Shown: in pieces, positions 18,760 through 30,225 of the stretch | How positions within the stretch are numbered: position 1 is the first letter of the stretch | Layout of the letters: the number at the start of each line of letters is the position of its first letter | Assembly (NCBI GenBank): GCA_964647465.1 | Contig: CAZYFS010000002.1 | Location: forward strand, 1 to 62,434 | Source of the DNA: an uncultured Candidatus Saccharibacteria bacterium | GTDB lineage: Bacteria; Patescibacteriota; Minisyncoccia; Minisyncoccales; UBA1441 | Length of the DNA: 62,434 nt | Direction: 5' to 3' | Made by a program: the position numbers and the translations under genes | The notes under the pieces: generated by a model | The model's database searches: none | What the model was told of the DNA's origin: nothing | What the model saw: only the letters and a program-made list of their open reading frames with translations

Positions 18760-20305
18760 CGATATTAATTGTTTCTCCTGGTTTAATTTCTTTAAGGGAA
18801 GATGATTTCTTCTCTTTTAATGTTTTCGACAAAAGACCTTTTAAATTCGAATTCCCTTCTTTCTCTTCTTTTTTTTCATTCTGTTCTTCTCTCTTTATTA
18901 CAGCAAGACATTTTTTACAATAAACTGGTCGATTGGGGCTTGGTTGAAAGGGAATTTTCACTCTTTTATTGCATCGGTTGCAAGTTGCCTCATAGAGTTT
19001 ATCGGAAGAATCAGAGTTAGGAGTAGAAATATTTTCTGCCCATCTTTTTATCTTGTCTTCAACAATGCTTCGATCTGTTCCATATCTCTCCTGAGAACTT
19101 TTGATAATCTTTTCTTCATTATCAATTAAGGGAAAAGGAGTGGGAGGTAAAGTTTCTGCTGAAAAAGCTTTTCCGGCTATTCCATCAATCATTAACTTAA
19201 GGTAAATCTGAAATTTATCTAAGTTTACTAAGTTTCCTGCATCAAACTCTGGCGTCATTTCTTTTTCAAGATATTCAGCGTCTTCTGCTCCAACTCGAAA
19301 ACTTATCAATGTTCCAATATTGCCAAAAACAGCATCCCTGACATTGTCTTCCATTTGAGAAATATATTGATGAGCAATAATTAAATTTAAACGGTATTTT
19401 CTCGCTTCAGAAAGGATATCGATAAAAGATCCCGTAGCAAAATTTTGGAATTCATCAACATAAAGAAAAAAATCTTTCCTTTCTTTTTCTGGTATATCAA
19501 CTCTCGACATAGCCGCTAACTGTAATTTTGTCACAACAAGGGCTCCTAAAAGCTTAGAAGCGTCTTCCCCTATTCTTCCTTTTGACAAGTTAACGATAAG
19601 TATTTTTCTTTCATCCATGATCTTGCGAATATCAATCAGCGTTTTAACTTGTCCAATAATATTTCTTATTAATGGGGCAGAAATAAGCTGTCCAATTTTA
19701 TTCTGGATAGCTGCAGTTGCTTCAACCTCATATCTTTCGCTGTAACGAGCAAATTCATTAACCCAGAAAGACCTTATTACTGGGTCCGTCACCTTGCTTA
19801 AAACTTTTTGGCGATAATCAGCATTAGCCAATAACCTATTAATCCCCATCAGAGTTGATCCAGGATACTCCAAAAGGGCAAGAATCGCATTATTAAGAAT
19901 ATATTCCATTCGTGCACTCCACACGTCGGGCCACATTTTTGCAAAGACTCCCATCAGCCCGCTAGCCACTAAATGTCTTTGCTGAGAATCAACATGCTCC
20001 ATGACATTAAAGGCAATTGGATGATCTATATCACCTGGATTAAAATAAATAACATCATTGAGACGATTGGAAGGAATAAATTTTAGCAATTCCTCTGCTG
20101 CTTCCCCATGAGGATCAACAAAACCAACTCCTCGTCCAGCTTGAATATCTTGAATAACAAGATTTTTTAATAATTCCGTCTTCCCCACCCCTGTCTTTCC
20201 AACAATATACACATGCCGACGACGGTCATTCGGCTTAATTCCAAATTTCCTTTTTTCTCCTCGAAAAGTAGTCTTAGCAAAAAAATTAATATCCCCTTCA
20301 GGCAT
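18743..20305 (-). CDS. VirD4/TraD-like (type IV coupling protein family) P-loop ATPase with a C-terminal CxxC-x17-CxxC zinc ribbon
   Basis: 520 aa with Walker A GKTGVGKT, VDPHGE, Walker B LYVDEFQNF and AHQYISQ. The C-terminus CNRC-NKRVKIPFQPSPNRPVY-CKKC has exactly 17 residues between the two CxxC pairs. Confidence 0.7.
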   Translation of the reverse strand: MPEGDINFFAKTTFRGEKRKFGIKPNDRRRHVYIVGKTGVGKTELLKNLVIQDIQAGRGVGFVDPHGEAAEELLKFIPSNRLNDVIYFNPGDIDHPIAFNVMEHVDSQQRHLVASGLMGVFAKMWPDVWSARMEYILNNAILALLEYPGSTLMGINRLLANADYRQKVLSKVTDPVIRSFWVNEFARYSERYEVEATAAIQNKIGQLISAPLIRNIIGQVKTLIDIRKIMDERKILIVNLSKGRIGEDASKLLGALVVTKLQLAAMSRVDIPEKERKDFFLYVDEFQNFATGSFIDILSEARKYRLNLIIAHQYISQMEDNVRDAVFGNIGTLISFRVGAEDAEYLEKEMTPEFDAGNLVNLDKFQIYLKLMIDGIAGKAFSAETLPPTPFPLIDNEEKIIKSSQERYGTDRSIVEDKIKRWAENISTPNSDSSDKLYEATCNRCNKRVKIPFQPSPNRPVYCKKCLAVIKREEQNEKKEEKEGNSNLKGLLSKTLKEKKSSSLKEIKPGETINIDDKKF

Positions 20306-20373
20306 AATAAAAACTTAACTGATCCATCATAGCACATCTTCCCTCGGGATTGAATTTAGAGCAAAAATACTTT

Positions 20374-21678
20374 TTATTCTTGATCGGCAACCGGCAAGTT
20401 GAGAGGTGGCTCCCCTTTAGACATTCTAATCCTTTCCAGAGAAGGAGCTGGCGCAGCAATTTTCCCAGGAAAATGAAAAATAGTTGCTAATTCTTCCGTA
20501 TTCAAAACGAACGTCCCTCCTCCTTTTGGGAAAAGCGGGGGTAATCTTTTAATGTAATGCCAAAAAAGATCGCGTTTTTTAAAGTAAATTCTCTGTTCTT
20601 TGTGGGGAGGATAATAAACTGTCGTCACCATCCAAGGTCTAAGTCCATTTAATCCTTCCGTCGAAAGCCCAACAAAAAAATTGATCGGCACTTTAATTCG
20701 TGGCTTAAAAAAGTTTTCTTTCTTCCCTAGATAAAGAAAACGAATTGTACATTGAAAACCATATTTAGCAATTTTATCTTCAATAGCCTCAATTACTCTA
20801 TTTTCCGCTGACGTAAATTCCATCATCGAAAAATTTTTCTTCTCAACAACTGCTTCTTCTGATCCTTTCCAAAGGAATAGAGTTTCGAAGACCTGACGCA
20901 GAATAGATTTTCTCTTCTCGTCACTAGTTCTCTTTGTTAATTTATCTCTCAATCCTCTGCCTCGACTAATCCAATTATCTTCCTTGTCAGTAATGGGTTT
21001 GGCAACAATCTGAATCCACAGTTGCTCTCCTTTTTTCATCATTGCCATTCCTTCTAATAAGGAAGCTAGCGGATCTACTCTTTTTTCTTCTTTGGCTTCT
21101 GGGCTTTTCTCAAAAAATTGTTCGTAGGTTTTTATTGGATAACTATCCGCTCTATTCAACCGATAATTACATCCCCAAATTTTCCACTCTCGATTAGGTA
21201 ATTTTTGCGGAACTTGTTGAGTGTAATCAGGAAAATCAATAATTTCAACCTCTGGATATTGTGAATAAATAATAGATTTTATCATTTCTTCAAGAGCAAT
21301 CGGAGAGCGAATTAAAAAATGAATCTTTCCATCTATTCCAACAATTTCTAAAGAAAAGTTTAACAAAAATTTTCCATCGATCCATTCTTCTTTAAAATTA
21401 GAAGGATCATAAACCGACCAAAGATGGGAAAAAACTTGTTCCATCGCTTTGATTGGTCTTTTTACTTCCTCGGGAAGTTTTATCTCAAGAAGTTTATATT
21501 GAGCGCGTTCTGCCCCCCAACGATTTTGAATACGCCATTTATACAAAAAACGCCAAGAAGGAAATAAAAAAAAGGGCAGGGCAATCCACCACCACAATTT
21601 AATCATTTGCCCAACCCAATAGAAAGCAACAAACAGACTTTGACCGATGACCGGAAAAGAAGGTCCTAATCCAATCAT
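20374..21678 (-). CDS. membrane protein of unknown function (2 N-terminal TM helices plus a large soluble domain), partner of the VirD4-like ATPase
   Basis: 434 aa with two hydrophobic helices in the first ~45 aa. I recognise no catalytic motif. It is tightly packed between the HTH gene and the ATPase gene. Confidence 0.5.
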   Translation of the reverse strand: MIGLGPSFPVIGQSLFVAFYWVGQMIKLWWWIALPFFLFPSWRFLYKWRIQNRWGAERAQYKLLEIKLPEEVKRPIKAMEQVFSHLWSVYDPSNFKEEWIDGKFLLNFSLEIVGIDGKIHFLIRSPIALEEMIKSIIYSQYPEVEIIDFPDYTQQVPQKLPNREWKIWGCNYRLNRADSYPIKTYEQFFEKSPEAKEEKRVDPLASLLEGMAMMKKGEQLWIQIVAKPITDKEDNWISRGRGLRDKLTKRTSDEKRKSILRQVFETLFLWKGSEEAVVEKKNFSMMEFTSAENRVIEAIEDKIAKYGFQCTIRFLYLGKKENFFKPRIKVPINFFVGLSTEGLNGLRPWMVTTVYYPPHKEQRIYFKKRDLFWHYIKRLPPLFPKGGGTFVLNTEELATIFHFPGKIAAPAPSLERIRMSKGEPPLNLPVADQE

Positions 21679-21679
21679 T

Positions 21680-22708
21680 TTAATTAATTGACTTTAGTTG
21701 ATAAGAACCTTTCTGATTCCGAATAAATTGATTGCTACGATTAAGGTTAAGCAAGATCGTGCTTCTTTTCACTAAACGGCGCTCAAGAACCTTATCAATA
21801 ATCTCATCGGCAGATAATAATCGCTTGCTTCCTTCTAAAACTCGAGCAATGACGTTCTCAACAGTTCCTGATTCATATCCCCATTCCCTTAAGGCATATA
21901 ATCCTCGCCCGATCAAAACAAATCGGTCGGCACGGATTAATTCGTTGTGAATCGTTTGAACTAAAGCTTCTCTTTGATTATCTTCCTCTAAGTCCCATTT
22001 TTTTATAAAAAGATTGATTAACTTTGCCACTTCCGCAAAATGTAAGGGAGTATTCTTTTCTTTGAAAACCAAATACGCTTTATCTTTTAGTTTTTTTGGC
22101 TTCACTTCCGGCCATTCAATTAAGCCAAAATCACCACCAATTCCTTTTTCTATTTGGCGAGCAATTTGCAGACAAGACAACAGAAGATCAACATCATCAA
22201 TAGTTCCTTTAGTAATAATATCTTTTGGCGACAAAGAATGATTTTCTTTTTCTAGTTGCTCAACGACATTTTTAATTATTTCCTGAACATCGGTAGCATT
22301 CCCCTCTTCCAACTCCCAAAAGGGATAGGTCTCCTTGCTTACTTTATTTCTTTTAAATTGAGGAGCTAAAACAAGAAAAAAGAACACCTCTGCCTTATTG
22401 TTTTTACCACCAAGATCTTCCAGTAACAAATCTTCGCTTGCCACTTTTCCTTGTTTTTCTAAGTAAGAAATAATTTGTTTGATTGCTAGCGACCGTTCTG
22501 GTAATTTTTGTTTTCGCAATTTTTCCAAACCAGCCTCTTCGATTTGTCTAATCCTTTCCCGAGTAACCCCAAAGTCTGTACCTATTGATTCTAGTGTTTT
22601 TCTTTCGGTATTCTCTAATCCAAAACGTTCCCGCAAAACTTTTTGTGTTCGGGAAGGTAGTAATCGAAAAACGCTCTTTTCAATTTCAAAATAATTATTA
22701 TTTGCCAT
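21680..22708 (-). CDS. DNA-binding protein: sigma-70 region-4-like HTH plus HARE-HTH-like domain
   Basis: 342 aa. The N-terminus [27 protein letters not shown] is a sigma70 r4 signature. The central [13 protein letters not shown]...[18 protein letters not shown] resembles HARE-HTH. Confidence 0.6.
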   Translation of the reverse strand: MANNNYFEIEKSVFRLLPSRTQKVLRERFGLENTERKTLESIGTDFGVTRERIRQIEEAGLEKLRKQKLPERSLAIKQIISYLEKQGKVASEDLLLEDLGGKNNKAEVFFFLVLAPQFKRNKVSKETYPFWELEEGNATDVQEIIKNVVEQLEKENHSLSPKDIITKGTIDDVDLLLSCLQIARQIEKGIGGDFGLIEWPEVKPKKLKDKAYLVFKEKNTPLHFAEVAKLINLFIKKWDLEEDNQREALVQTIHNELIRADRFVLIGRGLYALREWGYESGTVENVIARVLEGSKRLLSADEIIDKVLERRLVKRSTILLNLNRSNQFIRNQKGSYQLKSIN

Positions 22709-22773
22709 TATTCTTACTTATTAAAGCACAATAAAAATTAAAATCAAGATAGAATAGCATTTCTCGAAAAATT

Positions 22774-24480
22774 TTATTTTTGAGTGCTTCTTAATTTATA
22801 GCGCATTATCTTCCCTATAATGTTCTTTGGAAGATTTTCTACGAATTCAACCTCTCGAGGTATTTTATAATAAATGAGTTTTTCTTGACAATATTTTATT
22901 AATTCTTTAGCAGTACACTTAATATTTTTTTCCAGGACAACAAAAGCTTTTAGAGTTTGTCCATAATATTCGCTATTTACGCCCACAAAAGCCACTTCTT
23001 TTACTTTCGGATGATTAGTTAAAATATTCTCCACTTCCGCTGGCCAAATTTTTTCTCCACGGGAATTAATCATATCGTCTAATCTTCCTTTTAGATAGAT
23101 TCGTCCGTCATCGCTAATCCACCCCACATCTTTGGTATAAAACCATCCATCTTTTAAAACTTCCTTTGTTTTTTCTGGTTTTTGCCAATATCCTTTAAAA
23201 ACTTGTGGTCCCTTAATTATAATTTCTCCAATTTGCCCAACATCTAAAAATTTTCTTTCTTTTTCTTCCAAACTAATGACCTTAATGTCTGTATCAAAAA
23301 CGGGAATTCCGGGAGATCCAGGTGCTTTTTGGTAATTCTCTCTAATGGGATCCATTGTGATAATCGGCGAAGTTTCTGAAAGCCCATAACCTTCTAGCAG
23401 GACAGCTTGTGGGGCCATTTCTTTTATCTTAATAAAAGTCTCTTCTGGGATAGAAGAAGCTCCGCTAGTACAAACCCTTAAGCAGCTTAAATCATACTTC
23501 TTCTTGTCGTTTTCCCAAGTTCGAAGCATCCCCTGATACATTGCCGGGACTCCAACAAAAGCCTGAATTTGATTCTTTTTAATCGCAGCAAGCGCGCTTT
23601 TCGTATGAAATTGAGGTTGAAGATATATCGTTGACCCCTGATAAAGAGCAAAAAACAAAACTGTTGTTAGCCCATAAATATGAAAAAAGGGCAAGACGCC
23701 CAAAAAAGAATCCATTTTTAATCCTTCTGTCCATTTTCGCGAAGTTGCCACCACAGAGAGAAGATTAGAATAAGTCAACATTACCCCTTTTGGTTTCCCT
23801 GTTGTTCCGCTGGTATAAACCATTAAGGCTGTGTCTTTTTCTAGATCCCCATCTCTTTTTTGATAATCGGAAGATTGGCTATCTTCGATCAACTTCACAA
23901 AAGAAAGAAAGTTATTTAAATTATGCTCATTTCTCTTTCTTGCAAAATAATTGGGTGCTTCTTTAATTAAGGAAAGCGATTTGAGATAAGAAGGAAGGTA
24001 ATCAGAAATATTTGTAAGAATTATTTGTGTGTTCAATTGTTGATCAATTCCTTTTAGTTTCCCAGCAAAACGCTTTAAAGAAATAACGAAACGAGGAGAA
24101 AAATCTTTCAAAACATATAATAATTCTTCACTAGGATAAAGAGGATTTAAAGGCACTGGGATTGCTCCCGCTTTCATCGTTGCTAAAATTCCTATTATAA
24201 TTTGAGGACAGTTAGGAAGTAAAAAGGCGACCCGGTCGCCTTTTTTAATATCTAAATCTTGTAGTTTTTTCGCCAAACGATCAGAAAGGTTTTTTAATTC
24301 TTGATAAGAAACCTTGTAACCATAAAAATCAAGAGCTGTTCGACGAGGATGTTTTTCTGCCATCTCATCAAAGAAGTAGTATATGGGATGATTAGAATAA
24401 TCAAGAGAAACGTCCTTTCCTTTAGGATAATATTGGAACCACGATTCTTCCTTTGATGTATTATTCTTATTCTTAATCAT
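22774..24480 (-). CDS. AMP-dependent acyl-CoA synthetase/ligase (FadD-like)
   Basis: 568 aa with the AMP-binding motif YTSGTTGKPKGV, plus GYGLSETS and the C-terminal GKIMRYKL. Confidence 0.85.
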   Translation of the reverse strand: MIKNKNNTSKEESWFQYYPKGKDVSLDYSNHPIYYFFDEMAEKHPRRTALDFYGYKVSYQELKNLSDRLAKKLQDLDIKKGDRVAFLLPNCPQIIIGILATMKAGAIPVPLNPLYPSEELLYVLKDFSPRFVISLKRFAGKLKGIDQQLNTQIILTNISDYLPSYLKSLSLIKEAPNYFARKRNEHNLNNFLSFVKLIEDSQSSDYQKRDGDLEKDTALMVYTSGTTGKPKGVMLTYSNLLSVVATSRKWTEGLKMDSFLGVLPFFHIYGLTTVLFFALYQGSTIYLQPQFHTKSALAAIKKNQIQAFVGVPAMYQGMLRTWENDKKKYDLSCLRVCTSGASSIPEETFIKIKEMAPQAVLLEGYGLSETSPIITMDPIRENYQKAPGSPGIPVFDTDIKVISLEEKERKFLDVGQIGEIIIKGPQVFKGYWQKPEKTKEVLKDGWFYTKDVGWISDDGRIYLKGRLDDMINSRGEKIWPAEVENILTNHPKVKEVAFVGVNSEYYGQTLKAFVVLEKNIKCTAKELIKYCQEKLIYYKIPREVEFVENLPKNIIGKIMRYKLRSTQK

Positions 24481-24567
24481 ATTATCTCCAATTAATGGGA
24501 TAATTTATTTTACCGATAATTGACAAATAAGCAAATGATTTTTATCTTTTAAAACAGAAAACTAAGA

Positions 24568-25470
24568 TTATTTCCGTTTTTTCAAAAGATAGCAACTAGC
24601 TAAAAGAGGGCTAGCCAAGAAAAACGACGAGTAAGTTCCAGAAATAATTCCGATAATTAATGCTAAAGCGAAAAAGTGAAGAGCAGTTCCTCCAAAGAAG
24701 AAAATAGACAAGAGAGCCAATAGGGTCGTTAAAGAAGTATTTAGCGATCGTTTCAGGGTTTGATTAAGACTAATATTCACAGTATCAAAATAATCTTTCC
24801 CTATTCCTTTAAGTAAATTCTCTCTAATCCTATCGAAGACAACAACTGAATCATTAACCGAATAACCAAAAACAACCAGCAAAGCAGTGATAATTGAAAT
24901 ATTGATCTGAATTCCATATAGCTCTCCAATAACAACAAAAACTCCCAAGGCTATAAGAACATCGTGCAATAAAGCTATTAAAGCCGCGAAGCCATATTGC
25001 CAACTAGGTAAAGGATGGGCAATTTTACGAAATGCAAAACTAATATAAAGAAGAATTATAATCGTCGAAAGAATAACTACTGTTCTTGTTTTTTGATTCA
25101 ATTCTCGTCCAATAATTGGGCTAATTGATTCAAAGTTAATTGATGCTTTATCGATCTCTCCTAATTCTTCTAATGCGCCAATAATTTCTGTTTTATCTTC
25201 CTGGCTAACATTACGACTATTAATCTGAACCGTCATTTCTTTTTCTCCAATCAATCGAACATTAACTGCTCCCGAAACAGTTTCAGACAAGGCTTCTCTT
25301 GCTGCCTCCGCTGTCGGTTGTCCATCAAGATATTGGAAAGTTAAAGCACCCCCTCCTTGAAAATCAATTCCCCAATTTAAACCAAAAATAATTAAACCAA
25401 TAATACTACCTCCCACCAATAGGAAAGAAAAAAGATAATATATATTTTTAAATTTCAGAAAATTTATCAT
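24568..25470 (-). CDS. secF: protein translocase subunit SecF
   Basis: SecF family with a C-terminal 6-TM bundle. I place the start at MINFLKFKN (ATG 25470), directly after the secD stop. The ORF-track extension to 25515 overlaps secD. Confidence 0.9.
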   Translation of the reverse strand: MINFLKFKNIYYLFSFLLVGGSIIGLIIFGLNWGIDFQGGGALTFQYLDGQPTAEAAREALSETVSGAVNVRLIGEKEMTVQINSRNVSQEDKTEIIGALEELGEIDKASINFESISPIIGRELNQKTRTVVILSTIIILLYISFAFRKIAHPLPSWQYGFAALIALLHDVLIALGVFVVIGELYGIQINISIITALLVVFGYSVNDSVVVFDRIRENLLKGIGKDYFDTVNISLNQTLKRSLNTSLTTLLALLSIFFFGGTALHFFALALIIGIISGTYSSFFLASPLLASCYLLKKRK

Positions 25471-25471
25471 C

Positions 25472-27133
25472 TTATTGCCATAACTTTTTAATTTTTGCCA
25501 GTCTCGTATTCTCAAATAACCTTAATAAGGTTGGAGTCACCCATAAGGCAGAAAAAACACTTACTAAAACCCCCAAGGACAAGGTAATTGAAAAACCCTT
25601 AATAAAACTCGTCCCGAACCAAAACATTATTATAGCAACTAATAATGTTGTCATGTTTCCATCACGAATTGAAGGCCAAGCCCGTTTAACCCCGGCATTG
25701 ATAGCTTGTTTTAGCTCTCGCCCCTCTTTTAATTCTTCCTTCATTCTTTCGAAAATAAGAATATTCGCGTCAACAGCCATTCCAATAGAAAGAATTGCTC
25801 CTCCAATTCCCGCTAATGTTAAAGTAACTGGAATAAATTTAAAAAGAGCAAGGATAATCATGGCGAAAACCGCTAGAGCTAAACTAGCCAAGAAACCAGG
25901 AAAGCGATAAAAAATTAACATGAAAAGAACCATCGCCGCTAACCCGATCAATCCCGCCCACAAAGATTGATCCAAAGAAGTTTTTCCCAAGGTTGGACCA
26001 ATTGTTTTCTGTGATATCAATTCAATTGGAACTGGCAAAGCTCCGCTTTTTAAACGATTAACTATCTCTTTTGCTTTTGTTATATCTAAATCTCCAGTGA
26101 TCACGGCCTTCCCCCCGCTAATTTTATTTTCAACGGTTGGGGCATACAAATCAGTATCGGTAATCTCACCATCTCCGTCGGTGTCAACAATCGCTTTCCC
26201 GTCAAGGAAAATTGCTAATGGCTGTTTAATATTACGAGCAGTAATTTCTTCAAATATTTTTGCTCCTTCTTCGTTAAAACTGAGTTCTATTTTTGGCGAT
26301 CCAGTTGTTTGATCAAAAGCAACAGTAGCTTTATCTAAATAACGACCAGTTAACCCTGTTGTTTTCCATAAAGGAAGAAATTCTTCCGCTATTTTTGTCT
26401 TAATCAAAATATGACTTGCTTTTATTTCCTCCCCCTCTTCTCTTTCTCCTGTTTTTTGAATAAGATGATAACCAAAATCACTTTTAATTAAATTGTCTGT
26501 TATTTCCCCTTCTTCTAGAGCAAAAGCCGCTTCTTCGAATTCAATAACCATTGCTCCTCGACGAAACCATCCCAAATCTCCTCCTTTTTCTTTTGAACCA
26601 GGATCTTCCGAATATTCTTTTGCTAAAGTAGCAAAATCTTCTTCTCCTGCTCTTATTTTTTCCAATACATCTACTGCTCTTCGTTGGGCAGCTTGATTAT
26701 AAAAATTTAATTCTTCTTCTCCTTCGGGAGCTAAATCTTCTGTGGAAGTTCTTTCTTTGAATTCTAAAACCGGTGTTTCTCCTATTTGTTGTAAAGCTTC
26801 ATCTATGTTTTTAATTCCGGGTAATTCTACAATCAATCGAGGATTGGTTCCTCCTGTTTTTGTGAACACTCTTGGTTCAGCAATACCAAAAGCATTTATT
26901 CTTCGCTCAATTACGTCTCTTATCCCTTCTAGGGCACTATCTTTGTCTTGCATAGAAACTTCTGAAACGTCTGCTTCGTAAATCAATCTTGCTCCTCCCT
27001 GCAAATCTAGCCCATATTTGAAATCCTTCTCTGGTAATCCAGGAAAAGACCAAGAAAAAGGAAAAATAACGCTAATTAAAAAATAAATTAGCACAGTTAA
27101 GATAACAACAGAAAAAACTTTTTTACTCAGCAT
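25472..27133 (-). CDS. secD: protein translocase subunit SecD with an inserted parvulin-type PPIase-like domain
   Basis: 553 aa with SecD motifs ([40 protein letters not shown]-terminal TM bundle). Residues ~145-247 carry a PpiC/parvulin signature ([41 protein letters not shown]...FGYHLIQK). Confidence 0.9.
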   Translation of the reverse strand: MLSKKVFSVVILTVLIYFLISVIFPFSWSFPGLPEKDFKYGLDLQGGARLIYEADVSEVSMQDKDSALEGIRDVIERRINAFGIAEPRVFTKTGGTNPRLIVELPGIKNIDEALQQIGETPVLEFKERTSTEDLAPEGEEELNFYNQAAQRRAVDVLEKIRAGEEDFATLAKEYSEDPGSKEKGGDLGWFRRGAMVIEFEEAAFALEEGEITDNLIKSDFGYHLIQKTGEREEGEEIKASHILIKTKIAEEFLPLWKTTGLTGRYLDKATVAFDQTTGSPKIELSFNEEGAKIFEEITARNIKQPLAIFLDGKAIVDTDGDGEITDTDLYAPTVENKISGGKAVITGDLDITKAKEIVNRLKSGALPVPIELISQKTIGPTLGKTSLDQSLWAGLIGLAAMVLFMLIFYRFPGFLASLALAVFAMIILALFKFIPVTLTLAGIGGAILSIGMAVDANILIFERMKEELKEGRELKQAINAGVKRAWPSIRDGNMTTLLVAIIMFWFGTSFIKGFSITLSLGVLVSVFSALWVTPTLLRLFENTRLAKIKKLWQ

Positions 27134-27141
27134 TATGAAGC

Positions 27142-29658
27142 TTAGGTTCTTAATTTTACTTTAAAAATAGTTCTGGTAACAATTGATTCCCATCTTAACA
27201 TAAAATTTTGAAACATTCTATGTCCTTCTGTTTTATATTCAACCAAAGGATCTCTTTGCCCATAAGCCCTTAGGCCAACTGATTGTTTAAGAGAATCCAT
27301 ATTATCAAGATGCTGCACCCAGAGATTATCTAGCATTTTTAACAACACTAGCTTGCTCACATCTCGCCATTTCTCTTCTCCAATTGTCTTCGTTTTTTCT
27401 TGATAAATCCTATTCCCTATCTCATCTAAATATCCGATCATTCCCTTCTTGCGATCGATTTCTTTTTGAGATGATAATTTAACTAAATTCAAATTGACAT
27501 CTTCATTGATAGAGAAAATGGCTTTTGCTTCTTCGGCAATTTCTTCTAAATTCCATTCTGAAGATAACTCTCCTTTTGCGTGAAATTCAACAAGTCGCAG
27601 AATCTCCTTTTGGGTAATTTTTTCTAATTCGATTTGTCCTTTTTTTGAATCTCTGAAATCTTCCATTATTTTAGTTCTTTTCTGATAAATCGCCTGACGA
27701 TGCTTATTAACGACATCATCATATTCTAATAATCTTTTGCGCATATCAAAATTCATTCCCTCAATTCTTCGTTGAGCTGATTCAATAGCCCGCGAAACCA
27801 TTTTATTTTCAATTGCTTCCTCCTCTGGAAAATGAAATTTCTCCATTAAACTTTCCATTCTCTCTCCTCCAAATTGTTTGATCACATTTTTCGCTTCTGG
27901 AAAAACATCACTCTTGAGAGAAATGTAAAACTGCGAAACTCCTGGTTCTCCTTGCCGCCCTGATCGTCCCCGCAATTGATTATCTATTCGCCGAGCTTCA
28001 TGTCTTTCGGTGCCTAAAACGAAAAGACCACCCAGATCAACGACTTTTTGATGTTCTTCTTCTGTCGAGGGATTCCCGCCCAAAACAATATCCACTCCTC
28101 TACCAGCCATATTTGTCGCCACAGTAACCCTCCCTTTTTGTCCCGCCTGGGCAATAATCTGCGCCTCTTGTTCGTGATTTTTGGCATTAAGAATTTGAAT
28201 AGGAATCCCTTCTCTCTTTAATATTGCATTTAAATACTCATTTTTTTCGATCGAAGTTGTTCCAATTAAAACCGGTTGACCCTTTTGATGTAACTCTTTA
28301 ACCTTTTCTACGATTGCACGAAGCTTAACTTCTTCTTTCCCGTAGATTTTGTCAGCGAGATTTTTCCTAACCATCGGCTTATGCGTAGGAATAACCTTAA
28401 CATCTAGGTTGTAAACTTTATCAAATTCTTCGGCAGCGCTTAGGGCCGTTCCAGTCATTCCTGCTAATTTTGGATACATTCGAAATAAATTTTGAAAAGT
28501 AATTGTGGCGAGGGTTTTGGCTTCCGGTTTAATTTCTACTCCTTCTTTTGCTTCAATGGCTTGATGCAATCCCTCTGAATAACGCCTCCCCGGCAACAAA
28601 CGCCCTGTGAATTCATCGACGATCATAATTTGATTATCCTTGACAACATAAGCTTCGTCTAGTAAAAACAATTCTTTCGCCTTGATCGCTTGACGAATAT
28701 GATGAAGATAATTTTCATTCTGGGGATCATATAGATTTTCGATACCAAGGCTTTTTTCTGTTTTTTCTATTCCTTCTTCAATTAAGTTGATTGTTCGCAT
28801 TTTGCGATCTACATTATAATCCCCTCCACTCTTTAAACGTTCAGCTAGCTTTACAAAAAGAGGATAAAGTTTTCCTCCTCCTGTTTCTGGTTGAGAAATA
28901 ATTAAAGGAGTTCTTGCTTCGTCAATTAAAATGCTATCTACCTCATCAATAACAGCATAAGAAAAATCTCTTTGTGCTTTTTGTTCTTGGCTCACCACCA
29001 TATTGTCGCGAAGATAATCAAAACCAAATTCATTGTTAGTTCCATAGGTAATATCAGCATGATAGGCCTGACGACGAGAACAAGGACGAAGATAATCTGT
29101 AACCACCTTAAAACTTCCTAACTCATCTCTGGTTTTATCGTCTTGATTGCCATCCTTGCTATAGGTTGAATCATAAAGAAAAGATTGCTGATGATTAATT
29201 GCTGCAACCTTTAATCCCAAAAAGTTATAAATTTGTCCCATCCAAACAACATCTCTTCGAGCCAAATAATCATTAACCGTCACCACATGAACTCCTTTCC
29301 CGCTTAAGGCATTTAAAGAAATGGGCAATGTTGCTGCTAAAGTTTTTCCCTCCCCTGTTTTCATTTCAATAACTTTTCCATGATGCAGAGCAATCCCTGC
29401 TTGCAATTGACAATCATAATGTCTTTGCCCCAAAGTTCGCTTCGCTGCCTCTCGGCCCAAAGCAAAAGCCATCGGGAGAATTTCTTGAAAGGCTCCTTTT
29501 TCTGCTGCTGGACGAAGAGTTGCAAATTCTTCTTTTATTTTTTGATCAGAAAAAACACTGAGCTTTTCTTCTAAAGCATTAATTTTTTCGATCAAAGGTT
29601 GTATCTCTTTTAGGTATTTCTGGTTTGGATCACCAAATATCCGACTCCGCCATGCCAT
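27142..29658 (-). CDS. secA: preprotein translocase ATPase SecA
   Basis: 838 aa with the DEAD-like motor motifs [29 protein letters not shown] and [10 protein letters not shown]. Confidence 0.97.
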   Translation of the reverse strand: MAWRSRIFGDPNQKYLKEIQPLIEKINALEEKLSVFSDQKIKEEFATLRPAAEKGAFQEILPMAFALGREAAKRTLGQRHYDCQLQAGIALHHGKVIEMKTGEGKTLAATLPISLNALSGKGVHVVTVNDYLARRDVVWMGQIYNFLGLKVAAINHQQSFLYDSTYSKDGNQDDKTRDELGSFKVVTDYLRPCSRRQAYHADITYGTNNEFGFDYLRDNMVVSQEQKAQRDFSYAVIDEVDSILIDEARTPLIISQPETGGGKLYPLFVKLAERLKSGGDYNVDRKMRTINLIEEGIEKTEKSLGIENLYDPQNENYLHHIRQAIKAKELFLLDEAYVVKDNQIMIVDEFTGRLLPGRRYSEGLHQAIEAKEGVEIKPEAKTLATITFQNLFRMYPKLAGMTGTALSAAEEFDKVYNLDVKVIPTHKPMVRKNLADKIYGKEEVKLRAIVEKVKELHQKGQPVLIGTTSIEKNEYLNAILKREGIPIQILNAKNHEQEAQIIAQAGQKGRVTVATNMAGRGVDIVLGGNPSTEEEHQKVVDLGGLFVLGTERHEARRIDNQLRGRSGRQGEPGVSQFYISLKSDVFPEAKNVIKQFGGERMESLMEKFHFPEEEAIENKMVSRAIESAQRRIEGMNFDMRKRLLEYDDVVNKHRQAIYQKRTKIMEDFRDSKKGQIELEKITQKEILRLVEFHAKGELSSEWNLEEIAEEAKAIFSINEDVNLNLVKLSSQKEIDRKKGMIGYLDEIGNRIYQEKTKTIGEEKWRDVSKLVLLKMLDNLWVQHLDNMDSLKQSVGLRAYGQRDPLVEYKTEGHRMFQNFMLRWESIVTRTIFKVKLRT

Positions 29659-29661
29659 AGA

Positions 29662-30102
29662 TTATTTTTTAGTATCTTGTTTTTGAAAAGCACGATTTTT
29701 GATATTCTTCCACGATCGCGACCCTTTTACTAAAAGCGAATAACGACGAAATTTATGCTCCCATCCTTCTCTTTTTAATTTCTTGTACGCTTTGTCAATT
29801 ACTTTATATAAATTAGAGCCGGAAGTATTGATTGTAATCTCTTGCCCAAAAAGAGAAAGATCAACTTCTACTTTGAATTTTCCTTCTTTGGAAGTTCGTT
29901 TTCTCTTCTTTCCTTTTGGAGGATAAATATTCGCTTCTTCTATTTTAATTCGCGCTTCAATTTCGATATTCTTCTTCCCCTCTTTTTCTAATCGTTTAGA
30001 TAAAGGAGAAAAATAATCATCTAATTTCTTTGTCTTTTTTTCAAGATAACTACGAATCGCTGGAGTTATTTTAAAATCAGGAGCAAAAATAGTAAATTTC
30101 AT
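29662..30102 (-). CDS. hpf: ribosome hibernation promoting factor / RaiA-like protein
   Basis: 146 aa. The N-terminus FKITPAIRSYLEKKTKKLDDYF is typical of the sigma-54 modulation/HPF family. It lies immediately downstream of secA. Confidence 0.65.
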   Translation of the reverse strand: MKFTIFAPDFKITPAIRSYLEKKTKKLDDYFSPLSKRLEKEGKKNIEIEARIKIEEANIYPPKGKKRKRTSKEGKFKVEVDLSLFGQEITINTSGSNLYKVIDKAYKKLKREGWEHKFRRYSLLVKGSRSWKNIKNRAFQKQDTKK

Positions 30103-30165
30103 AATTTTTATAAAAATAAGCTAATTCCAAAATAACATCTTCTTATCCATTAATCAATTATAAAT

Positions 30166-30200
30166 AAACAGGTCTTGCTTTTTTAAAGCAAGACCTGTTT
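30166..30200 (-). terminator. intrinsic terminator downstream of the hyperacidic small ORF
   Basis: A perfect 15-bp inverted repeat aaacaggtcttgctt / aagcaagacctgttt with a 5-nt loop. The minus strand continues TTTATTTAT. Confidence 0.65.
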
Positions 30201-30225
30201 TAAAGATAACTAGTTAAAAAGGAAA

